Part shown: positions 48,108-57,122 of the stretch, piece after piece
Layout: each line of letters begins with the position of its first letter
Position numbering within the stretch: the stretch's first letter is position 1
From: a virus
Strand: one strand, 5' to 3'
Virus record (IMG/VR): IMGVR_UViG_3300005573_000054
Coordinates: 32,001 to 96,000 of that record
Length of the DNA: 64,000 nucleotides
Program-made: the position numbers and the translations under genes
The notes under the pieces: model-generated
What the model was told of the DNA's origin: nothing
Database searches by the model: none
What the model saw: the letters and a program-made list of their open reading frames with translations, nothing else

Positions 48108-48657
48108 AGATATTGGCTCCATTATCATCGATGAACACTCTGGTTTTATACAAAGGGAGTTACAGAGTATAAAGGAGGAGTACATCGATAAGTATAGTGT
48201 GTGGAATATACTTGTAAAAGAGACTCCCATCCAACAGATTGTCTTATCGTATGCACCATTTAAAACACTAAAGAGTAAAGCTCTTAAAAAGGAGTGTGTA
48301 ATTTTATACCCCTCTCCTTCTGGAGGTCATTACTCTATTCCATTTTTTACCCAGAATGATATAACCTTTTTAAGCCAAATCAATAATCAACTTCATCAAA
48401 ACATTCCAATACAGATCACCGATACTTCTCTCTTAACCAATGAAAACTACTCGATTGTTACAAGACTTTTTATAGGAGCACTTTTAATAAGAAACGCTAC
48501 AGATTCAACTTTAGGTAGCGTTATTCCTGCTTTGATAGACTTTGTTGCCGATGCTAGAGTTAATCCCAGTGATAACTCGGAAATACTTGCTCGAGTTGTT
48601 CTCTTGACGAAGCTTGAGAAAGAAGTGATAGATAAAACGTCGAAAATCGTAAATTAA
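48049..48657 (+). CDS. Hypothetical protein
   Basis: 202-aa ORF within the structural cluster. Confidence 0.7.
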   Translation: MSIKILLDLQLISRLIQTPKDIGSIIIDEHSGFIQRELQSIKEEYIDKYSVWNILVKETPIQQIVLSYAPFKTLKSKALKKECVILYPSPSGGHYSIPFFTQNDITFLSQINNQLHQNIPIQITDTSLLTNENYSIVTRLFIGALLIRNATDSTLGSVIPALIDFVADARVNPSDNSEILARVVLLTKLEKEVIDKTSKIVN

Positions 48658-48671
48658 AAGGGGTATTGGCG

Positions 48672-51266
48672 ATGGCTGAGCCGTACGTTATAACTTATTC
48701 CAGAGAAAAACTTAGGTCCAAATTTCTCGAGACAATCAATGAGATTTTTAAGGCCAAAAATCTTACCCTTGACCTTGAGAACTCGTCGTTTGGTATCTTC
48801 CTTGTTAACTTAAATACCGCAATACTCTCTGATTTATTTAATTTCTCCAATTTCCTTTATGGAGAGACAAGTTTAGTTACAGCTTCGTTACCAGAGAGTG
48901 TAAACAACTGGGCAACATATATCGATTATGAAGCCAGTTTTGCAACTTCGGCTCAGCTTATCGCCTCAATATTGTTTCCTTATGACAATGCATTCACTTG
49001 TGAGATGAGACCTTACGAGTTTTACATGAAGTCCTCTGAAGGTATCATGTTTACTATAGATAAACCAGTAAGGATAGTTAACTCCTCTGGAGACGTTCAA
49101 GTACAGTTGATAGATGAAGAAACAAATACGTATGTCTCACTTCCTTGGCAGCTAATAATAGACGAATCGGGAAAAAAATACATCCTTATTGAAAGACCCG
49201 CTTTTAATAAGTATTTAAAAGAATTTACGTTTAGAATTCCTCCGTTGAGACAGTACCAGTTTCATGATGTTAATGTGGGAATCTCAGAGGGGGAGCGAGT
49301 CGTTGATACAAAACTATATGTTGATAACGAAGAATGGACTCGAGGTGTTCTCGTTCTTTCAGGACCTTATGATAAAGTCTATGAAGTAGTCATTCTTGGT
49401 AACAATGTATCATTTAGACTCGGTAACGATATCTTTGGAAAACAACCTAATGGTGATAATATCAGAATCATTCTAACTTTATGTAACGGAGAACAAGGAA
49501 ATATTCAGGCTGGTTCACTTGATTCCGCAGATACTTTGTATAACTTGTCCGGAACTGGTATTGTCGATTGTAAAGTTACGAATAGAGATAAGGCGGTGGG
49601 AGGAAAGAGTTCCGAAAGTATGACTTTGATAAAAAGGAATGCTCCTGTATCTCTTAGACAGCGTTATAGACTTGTTACTCTCCAAGATTTTATAGATGAT
49701 GTCAAAAAAGTGGAGTTTGTCCACGATGCCTTTGTGTTTCTGAAAAGATCTGATACAAGAACTAACGATGTCGATGTTTTCCTTGTCGTTGATGACTTTA
49801 GACCAGATAAAAAATACGTTTTTTGTCCTAGTTCTACAATAACAGTTAAATATAACTATCCGTTTACAGATGTACTCTTTCCTTTTTACACTGAGCTTCA
49901 GAGCGTAGATCCATATGACGGTCAAACAAAGTTTTATACTCCTGTTTTCACTATAATAGACTACGATACTGATACTTGGTATTCATATATTATTCCTGAT
50001 AGTATCGATTACACACAAGTTTCTTGTTTTTATGATTACCTTCAAGAAGGAGTTCCTTCTTCTGTGATTCCGGTGGGAACAAGTTGTGAGTGTAAACGTA
50101 TCTCAATACAAATTTCCAGAACAGAGAAGAAAATCACTTTTAAAGTATTGACAAGTGTTTCATCCACTTCTAATATAAAGCAAAAAATTGTCATTAGAAG
50201 GAAGGGTGGATCTCAGGAAGTAGCGAGTGAAGTTGATCTTCAAGCTGGATTTTCTGATTTTGTAACCCATGAGTATATATACTCAGATGCTAGCGATCTA
50301 ATGAAAATAATCTCATTACATGTTCATAATTTGTATATCAACGGTAACTCTCAGGTTCTTGTCTCGGGTTACAGTATTGGTATCGATTTCTTCACAAAGT
50401 TTGTTGACTATGGTCCCGTCTATAGAGTTAATAACTCTAGTACTGAAGCTTATGTAGCAGATATTCCTGTTTTCCAAAAAGACTACTGTGATGAATTAAC
50501 GGTTGATATTAAAGAGTCAATCTATGAGTGGACGAATGCTCTTTATAATACAGTGTTTCTTGATGAGAAAAAGAGGTTACTTAATGTAAGACCTCATCTA
50601 AGGTTTATAAGAACATCTATGTCTCCAAGTAAACTTAGAAATTTTCATCTTGGGTTTGGTGATGAAGTCGTTTTAAAGGTTGTGAACTCAAAAACTTCAA
50701 CCGATAGCCTGGCAATGGATATTGGCTCGAGTGTTGTGTTGAGTGATCCCATACCAGAGAGCGATCCTTGGTTTGATAAAGCGGGAAGTATAGTAACTTT
50801 AGTGGGTGTAGATCAATTAGGTAATAGAATCTATACGTTTAAGAAGCCAGGACAGGGTACACTCGTTAAAAATCTCGATGACGGAAAGTTATATTATGTT
50901 GTGGATACAAGGTGGAATGAAGTTGTTGTCACTAACCCTCTTGAAGTAGAAGTTGAGATATATGTCTCTGATCCTTCCGTAATGAATCTACTTGAGAAAT
51001 ATAAAGAGAAAATCTGTGAATTTATCAACAATAAAATGTGTGAAGAAGAGATTAGATTCAGTCACCTTGTAAAGTATCTCCAAGAAATTCAAGGTACTGT
51101 TTTTGTACGTGTGATTAAGCCTAAATACGATCTCTTTTGGAAGTATAGTAAAGGTGGAAAGACTGATGTCGGGTCTAAATTGGAAATTCTTATGTATTCT
51201 CCTGAAAAAGTGTTTACCACGAAAGACTTTGTTACTGTTCACCTTAAGGTTGCGTACGGTGTTTGA
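48672..51266 (+). CDS. Baseplate wedge protein (T4 gp6-like)
   Basis: PESV...A..IDY, LGNDIFGKQP, GEQGN, GG.SSES...IKRNAP..RLVTLQDF. Confidence 0.8.
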   Translation: MAEPYVITYSREKLRSKFLETINEIFKAKNLTLDLENSSFGIFLVNLNTAILSDLFNFSNFLYGETSLVTASLPESVNNWATYIDYEASFATSAQLIASILFPYDNAFTCEMRPYEFYMKSSEGIMFTIDKPVRIVNSSGDVQVQLIDEETNTYVSLPWQLIIDESGKKYILIERPAFNKYLKEFTFRIPPLRQYQFHDVNVGISEGERVVDTKLYVDNEEWTRGVLVLSGPYDKVYEVVILGNNVSFRLGNDIFGKQPNGDNIRIILTLCNGEQGNIQAGSLDSADTLYNLSGTGIVDCKVTNRDKAVGGKSSESMTLIKRNAPVSLRQRYRLVTLQDFIDDVKKVEFVHDAFVFLKRSDTRTNDVDVFLVVDDFRPDKKYVFCPSSTITVKYNYPFTDVLFPFYTELQSVDPYDGQTKFYTPVFTIIDYDTDTWYSYIIPDSIDYTQVSCFYDYLQEGVPSSVIPVGTSCECKRISIQISRTEKKITFKVLTSVSSTSNIKQKIVIRRKGGSQEVASEVDLQAGFSDFVTHEYIYSDASDLMKIISLHVHNLYINGNSQVLVSGYSIGIDFFTKFVDYGPVYRVNNSSTEAYVADIPVFQKDYCDELTVDIKESIYEWTNALYNTVFLDEKKRLLNVRPHLRFIRTSMSPSKLRNFHLGFGDEVVLKVVNSKTSTDSLAMDIGSSVVLSDPIPESDPWFDKAGSIVTLVGVDQLGNRIYTFKKPGQGTLVKNLDDGKLYYVVDTRWNEVVVTNPLEVEVEIYVSDPSVMNLLEKYKEKICEFINNKMCEEEIRFSHLVKYLQEIQGTVFVRVIKPKYDLFWKYSKGGKTDVGSKLEILMYSPEKVFTTKDFVTVHLKVAYGV

Positions 51267-51276
51267 GGAGAAGTAG

Positions 51277-52023
51277 ATGTCTTTTACGCAAAGGACTGTA
51301 GATATAGATGATGTTTTTTATATATATAGTGTCTCGTTTAAGTATAATGTTATGAAGAGAGGTCTAATTTCTATTGATGGGAGTTTTATATCCTCTCTTG
51401 AGCCTCTTGTTAAGTCTTTAAATGACTCAAATCTTTCGACATATAATTCATATCTTGACGTTATGTTTCTTGATATTTACAATTGGATGCAAAAAGATTC
51501 TATACTTACTATTGTAGCTAATGATGATTCTAATATTCCGGTGTTGAATATACTTTCTACTCAACAGAGAGAAACTCTTTCGGAGTTAACAAAAGAAATT
51601 ATTTTATGTAACGTTACTGCTGTAAGAACTACAATTCAGTACTTTCAATTGATACTTCCGGTAGAGAAACTTTCACCTCCTCTTGTTGTTTCTCTTCTTA
51701 GAAGCTTCGGTCTTTACGATGAATTTATGGGATTTCCTTTACCTGTGTTAAGAAAGTTATTAAGGGTTCTAGTGAGATTATACAAGACGAAAGGAACAAA
51801 GTTTAGTGCTGAGACTCTTTTGAAAACTCTTTCTTTTGCAGAAGGTTCGATAACAGAGTTATATTCAAGAAATAGAGACCATAGTAACATCTATATCTTC
51901 CCGATCGAGTTCGTTGGTTGGAGGAGAAGATCAGACCGCGAGGTTGATGAGTTGGTATTTTCTGAAGATGAAGTTGTTGATCAACGTTGGTTTTTATCGA
52001 AAGAAGAATATAGGACGATGTAA
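51277..52023 (+). CDS. Baseplate wedge protein (gp7-like core)
   Basis: LL..FG...LYKTKGT.FS motif, directly after the gp6-like gene. Confidence 0.6.
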   Translation: MSFTQRTVDIDDVFYIYSVSFKYNVMKRGLISIDGSFISSLEPLVKSLNDSNLSTYNSYLDVMFLDIYNWMQKDSILTIVANDDSNIPVLNILSTQQRETLSELTKEIILCNVTAVRTTIQYFQLILPVEKLSPPLVVSLLRSFGLYDEFMGFPLPVLRKLLRVLVRLYKTKGTKFSAETLLKTLSFAEGSITELYSRNRDHSNIYIFPIEFVGWRRRSDREVDELVFSEDEVVDQRWFLSKEEYRTM

Positions 52024-52038
52024 CACGGAGCTAAGTAA

Positions 52039-54534
52039 ATGACTGATACTATAATTTCCAACTCACTAGGTATGTCTCCTTTTTATGTTGGGGCTCTTCA
52101 TCAGAAGTTACATCTTATAGAGAAAGAGATTACAAAGTGGTTTAGTAGGGCAAAACGTGAGTATTTCTTAAAAAAAGAATATGAGACCTCGGGAGATGTA
52201 GCGAAACTCGAAGAATATCTCAAAACGAGAGTTATCAAGCTTGAGTCGCTCCCGGAACCTATAAACTTTTGGGAGGCTTGGATATTATGTAGGTATCTCT
52301 TTATGAAGATGAAAGGTGTTACTGATTCTCAATACGCTTCTGATAAAGACTTCTTTAATGTTCCATCAAGTCTTGAAGAGAATCAACTTCTTGATTTGCT
52401 TGATTTTTTCTATTCAAGAGTAGATGAGTTTCAAACAGAGCTTGGTAGATTGGAACTGAAAGGAGAATTTGGGGATTATATTCAAGTTAATGATAATGAG
52501 TTAACTGATTCTCCTATCCATGATTTTCCTTGTGAAAGATTAAGATTTGAGAGTAGGACAGACCCAGATACTCTGTCAAGTCTGGGACTTATTGAGAATA
52601 CTAGAAAGACAATCGTATATGAGTTAGGAAAAGATCTTATTGTAATAAATAGATACACGGCAAAACTTGAGCCTGTACTTATTGTCGATTATTATCGTGA
52701 TTATGGGAGTTTCAATCAACGTTATACTTATCCTTTACAGAGTTCAGAATTTGTGGTGTTTGCTAGAGTAGAGAATGATATTGATCTGGGAAAAAAGGTG
52801 TATATTACCGTCTTTAATTGTGATTATAATGCCTATAAGTTAATTAAGCTGGATATTTTCTCAGGACAGTGGTCTGTTGTAAACCCGTCTAGTATAGATT
52901 CAAATACTGCAATGTTCCTTAAGGGTTACTCTCTTGAACGTTGTTATGGGTCTCGACATAATTATATCGTGTTATTTTTGATAAAACATTTCGGTGAAGA
53001 TAAGGGATCTCCTTATGTTGCAATTTCAAGTTCTGAAAGAGGAGAACAACTGTACTTCACGTCTATTAAAATTCCTGATGATTTTGAATTTCTTAAGCCA
53101 TACGATAGAGCGAGTTTGATTCAAGTTGCGTGTCTTTCAAAGAAAGTAGTGTTTTTTAATCCCCTTAACAAAAAATTATTCATCGTAGACATTAAAGATC
53201 ACTCGTATGTAACTAAAGATCTTTCTGAAGAACTACCTTACCCAAGAAGTCTTTTGTTACCTGATTCGGAGTCAAGCTTCCATATTATCTCAGCGAAAGT
53301 AGGCGATTGGTATTTTGCTACTCATATGTATACGATTTACCAAGGAACCTACGTTGAGAGTGACGAATCAAAAACAAGATTTATCAGTATATTTTCTAAT
53401 CCTGTTTTACCACAACCTCCTGATTTTCCTACGGATGAAGATGCTTCGAAAACTCTTATTCATTTGTGGAATCAAGTTGATATTCCAGGTCTTCTACCAG
53501 AGGAAGAAGAATTTTTCATTAAACTGTTTCCTAACGTGGCAGATCTTATTCCATGTTTAGATGTATTTTCCATGCCTCTTTCTGTGTATCTTGATCTATT
53601 TCAGTCGGGAAGTTCTTACCAAGAAAGCTTTACTCCAGAAACACTTCCACCTTTTATAATACCCGAGGAAGATAATATTTATACAGAGAAACCGTACACC
53701 TACATTCCCAAATGGAAAGTATATCCCGAATTACTTGCTTGGCAACGTCTCGAAACCTCACTATATCCATATGTGTTGAAACAGGTTAAACTTTCTGGTA
53801 ATTCGGTCGAGGTCTTTCATGTGAAACAAGATCAAGCAAGACAGGTGATACAAAAATTATCTAAATTTGATGCAAATACCTCACTTGTTTTTGCTTCTAG
53901 ACCTGTAGAGCAGATTGCTGTTTTAAGTTCTGTGAATAGAACGTCATGGTATTTATACAATACAACAAGTGATCTCTATATAGGAGAAATTCATAAAGAG
54001 ACAACTATTCTGGAACCACTTATTAAACATAGACCTGATACAGGCGTAGAAACATGGGTTTCTATAGAAGATAAAAAGTGTCATGATTATCACAGTACAT
54101 TTTTCTGTGAGTATAACAATCCGAATTGTGATGAAGTGACAGTTCTAGATGAAAACTTTAATATCTCAACTTCAATAAGTGGTTTGGAGTCGTTTCTCAG
54201 TGAATCTTTTCCAGTTAACATAAGTCTTATCAATCAGACTCAAAACTTTACCGGGATAATTAGAGAAGTCTTGTATTACGTAGGTTTATTTTTGGGTGAA
54301 GAAGTCGATATAGGTATACTTTTTGATAGTGAACTCGTAGCGTTATATATAAAACTACTTGAATTTTTTATTACGATATACTCTCGTCCTACAGGATTCC
54401 AAGTTCAGGTAGTTATAGATCAACCGGCATGTAATAAAATACCTATGGAAGATGCGTTTGTTGTTCAACCTCTTCACAAAGAATATAGTAGAATTCCAAT
54501 CTACGATAGCGTAACTATATCTACGTCTCTGTAA
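52039..54534 (+). CDS. Probable baseplate-associated structural protein
   Basis: 831 aa, beta-rich centre; context only. Confidence 0.45.
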   Translation: MTDTIISNSLGMSPFYVGALHQKLHLIEKEITKWFSRAKREYFLKKEYETSGDVAKLEEYLKTRVIKLESLPEPINFWEAWILCRYLFMKMKGVTDSQYASDKDFFNVPSSLEENQLLDLLDFFYSRVDEFQTELGRLELKGEFGDYIQVNDNELTDSPIHDFPCERLRFESRTDPDTLSSLGLIENTRKTIVYELGKDLIVINRYTAKLEPVLIVDYYRDYGSFNQRYTYPLQSSEFVVFARVENDIDLGKKVYITVFNCDYNAYKLIKLDIFSGQWSVVNPSSIDSNTAMFLKGYSLERCYGSRHNYIVLFLIKHFGEDKGSPYVAISSSERGEQLYFTSIKIPDDFEFLKPYDRASLIQVACLSKKVVFFNPLNKKLFIVDIKDHSYVTKDLSEELPYPRSLLLPDSESSFHIISAKVGDWYFATHMYTIYQGTYVESDESKTRFISIFSNPVLPQPPDFPTDEDASKTLIHLWNQVDIPGLLPEEEEFFIKLFPNVADLIPCLDVFSMPLSVYLDLFQSGSSYQESFTPETLPPFIIPEEDNIYTEKPYTYIPKWKVYPELLAWQRLETSLYPYVLKQVKLSGNSVEVFHVKQDQARQVIQKLSKFDANTSLVFASRPVEQIAVLSSVNRTSWYLYNTTSDLYIGEIHKETTILEPLIKHRPDTGVETWVSIEDKKCHDYHSTFFCEYNNPNCDEVTVLDENFNISTSISGLESFLSESFPVNISLINQTQNFTGIIREVLYYVGLFLGEEVDIGILFDSELVALYIKLLEFFITIYSRPTGFQVQVVIDQPACNKIPMEDAFVVQPLHKEYSRIPIYDSVTISTSL

Positions 54535-54575
54535 GAACGATTGGAACAAAATTCGAGGAAGGAGAGATTCTACTT

Positions 54576-55151
54576 ATGTCAATGGTTAAAGGTCGTGTTG
54601 AAATCAGGAAGATCGTTTTTCCTTCTAACAGAGAAGAGCTTATATTAAGTACTAATAATCTCGTTGTCTATACAGGAAGAGAGTTTGTTTTGCCATCTCT
54701 ACTAAAATACGATAATCCGAACATTACTCCAAAAGCTTCTTGGGGTTTATATTTCTGGTCTGTTGGTAACGGAGGTTTATTAAATCCTCTTGATCCTTTG
54801 ACGAGAATTCCTCCCAATCCTTCGGATGTTGGACTTAATAATGAGTTATCTGGTCTTGATATCAACGATCCTAACACTACTCCAGATGGAAGAAAAAGAA
54901 GGTTTTCTAACGTTACTTTTGTACAGGACACGATAAACGATAATAAATATCTTATAACTTCTCTTTCTATGTATATTGGTAGTAGTGAGCTTGTTGGCTC
55001 TTCTATTTCAGAAGCAGGTCTATGGATTTCTAACGATTCTAATGCGAAATTTCCTGGTCTTCAACATGTTCTTTTTTCGAAAGTGACGTTTAATCCCGTA
55101 CAGAAAGCTTCATCGTTCTCTTTAGTAATTACCTGGTATCTTTACACGTAG
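54576..55151 (+). CDS. Baseplate/tail-fibre attachment protein
   Basis: NLVVYTGRE, VGNGG, ISEAGL, LFSKVTF..VQK....LVITW. Confidence 0.6.
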   Translation: MSMVKGRVEIRKIVFPSNREELILSTNNLVVYTGREFVLPSLLKYDNPNITPKASWGLYFWSVGNGGLLNPLDPLTRIPPNPSDVGLNNELSGLDINDPNTTPDGRKRRFSNVTFVQDTINDNKYLITSLSMYIGSSELVGSSISEAGLWISNDSNAKFPGLQHVLFSKVTFNPVQKASSFSLVITWYLYT

Positions 55152-55161
55152 GAGACATAGT

Positions 55162-55833
55162 ATGCTTAACACGTTAATAATAACACCACAGGGATATAAC
55201 GCTATAGACTACGCAATACAAAATCATCAGGTAATGCTGATAAACTCTGTAAAGTTTTCTGACGCTTATCAACCAGAGTACGATCAGAACAATCCTTTCA
55301 ACACGCTTTACGGAACTAATATAAACGGTTATATACTACTTGATTATAGGATGATCTATCAGGAACAACAGTGTATAACGATGTTACTTTATGCGGATAA
55401 GTTACAGTATCCTACTGATGATTATATGCCTCGAAGTTTTGGGATATTTAAAGATAATGGGACTCTTATTGCGTATAGTAATATTAAACCATCTGGTGAT
55501 GAAGTAGGGAGTCTTGTAAAGGCAGGACTTGTTTTGTGGGGAAAGAGTTTTCCTCCAGGAGAGTTGAATCCACCCGCAGAGTATATACAGGTTGTGACGG
55601 AGTATGAGGGCATCTTTGATGTTGATCAGTATGTAAAAAGCTTATTTACAAATCATGAGTCGAGAAGTATTGTAACTGAGAATAATGTGTCTTCTTGGGC
55701 GTACTATAAGTTAGATAATAATCTGAGAATTTACCCTGTGTACAACGAAGTTAGGTGTAAATTCTTAAACAATTACTATAGAGTTAAGTTTAATGAAAAT
55801 GAAAAAAAATTGTATGGCGAATTAATACAGTGA
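55162..55833 (+). CDS. Probable tail collar/fibre-attachment protein
   Basis: IITPQG..AI N-terminus, FGIF..NGTLIAYS; context. Confidence 0.45.
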   Translation: MLNTLIITPQGYNAIDYAIQNHQVMLINSVKFSDAYQPEYDQNNPFNTLYGTNINGYILLDYRMIYQEQQCITMLLYADKLQYPTDDYMPRSFGIFKDNGTLIAYSNIKPSGDEVGSLVKAGLVLWGKSFPPGELNPPAEYIQVVTEYEGIFDVDQYVKSLFTNHESRSIVTENNVSSWAYYKLDNNLRIYPVYNEVRCKFLNNYYRVKFNENEKKLYGELIQ

Positions 55834-55843
55834 GGAAGGTATT

Positions 55844-56467
55844 ATGTCATTAGTTGTTCTTAATGATGGGTATAAGGATTTAATTCTCAACTGTTTACAG
55901 ACAAATAATCCTCTCCCTGCTTTTTCCATAGAGTTCTACTCAGGAAATAATAAATACTTTACAACACAGAACTATCTAGCTCTTAACCACACTCAGAATT
56001 TAAAAACGATATCCCTTATTGCAATCTGTGATAAGGATCATACTATTGCTCCCTGCACTCATGTTTTGTGGAAAGATGATCAAGGTAATATCGTTTATCG
56101 TGTAGAATATGATATCTCTCTTCCAGTAGGAGTTGAACATATATGTCATATAGTCCTCGGGATTATTAATAACTCTCAAGAAGACGTAGGGTATTACTCT
56201 GTTCCAACCGAATTACTAGTTAGATATCTGGAACCTGATTATATTAGAATGGCTATGTATCAACTTAGAAAGGGTCTTCCTGCTTCTGATACTAACAGTA
56301 TACCCAATGGTTACTTTTACACTAAAGTCTATGATGTTATGTATAAGGAAAGTCCTAGTAATCCTATTTATATAGAAAGTAATATCGAGGTAAATCTTTC
56401 TGCTACTTTGGGAAATCATGGACGTTTGAAAGTTATAAACCAGGCTCTTTATATTGAGACAGATTAA
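55844..56467 (+). CDS. Hypothetical structural protein
   Basis: RBS and context. Confidence 0.5.
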   Translation: MSLVVLNDGYKDLILNCLQTNNPLPAFSIEFYSGNNKYFTTQNYLALNHTQNLKTISLIAICDKDHTIAPCTHVLWKDDQGNIVYRVEYDISLPVGVEHICHIVLGIINNSQEDVGYYSVPTELLVRYLEPDYIRMAMYQLRKGLPASDTNSIPNGYFYTKVYDVMYKESPSNPIYIESNIEVNLSATLGNHGRLKVINQALYIETD

Positions 56468-56485
56468 AATACGGGAAGAAAAAAT

Positions 56486-57079
56486 ATGTTTGTAGAACTT
56501 ACTGTTTACGCAAAAGATCAGATTCAACAGGCTATGGCGGGTAACTCTCTTTTAACAGTCTTTCCATTCCTCTTTAAATATGCTCTTATTACCCCTCAGA
56601 GTATCAACGTCATTCCTTACCTTAATAATCCCGTAAATATTTCGTGTAGTACTATTATTTCCGGGAACCCTGTAACGTGGTTCCAGTATGATCTGGTTGT
56701 TACACCACATAATGTTCTTCCCACTCAGTTTAGAGTTACAACAACAGAGAACTGTCCACAAAACATAAAAACTTTCTTTATCTGTAGTAACTCTGGTCTT
56801 CTATCAGCAGTAGGGACTATAGAGATTTCTACGAAAAGACTTAGTTTCGATATGTTTATAAAGCATCTTATTGGAGGAGAGAAAACATCTTTAGCTACTG
56901 TAGTAAATTATGATGATCCTCCAGACTTTACACCATACGCAGCTGAGGAGACCTATAAACCCTACGCATCTACGGATAGATTATTTGTTGAAATGAATGT
57001 GATAGAGTTACCTCTTACTTCATTTCCACCGAATCCACCTAAACCTATTTCTCCTATTTGCGATTTTACAAACTTGTGA
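56486..57079 (+). CDS. Hypothetical structural protein
   Basis: Context; Pro-rich C-terminus. Confidence 0.5.
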   Translation: MFVELTVYAKDQIQQAMAGNSLLTVFPFLFKYALITPQSINVIPYLNNPVNISCSTIISGNPVTWFQYDLVVTPHNVLPTQFRVTTTENCPQNIKTFFICSNSGLLSAVGTIEISTKRLSFDMFIKHLIGGEKTSLATVVNYDDPPDFTPYAAEETYKPYASTDRLFVEMNVIELPLTSFPPNPPKPISPICDFTNL

Positions 57080-57122
57080 TCAAATGAATGATACTTATAA
57101 ACTTTAAAGGAGGATTTATAGA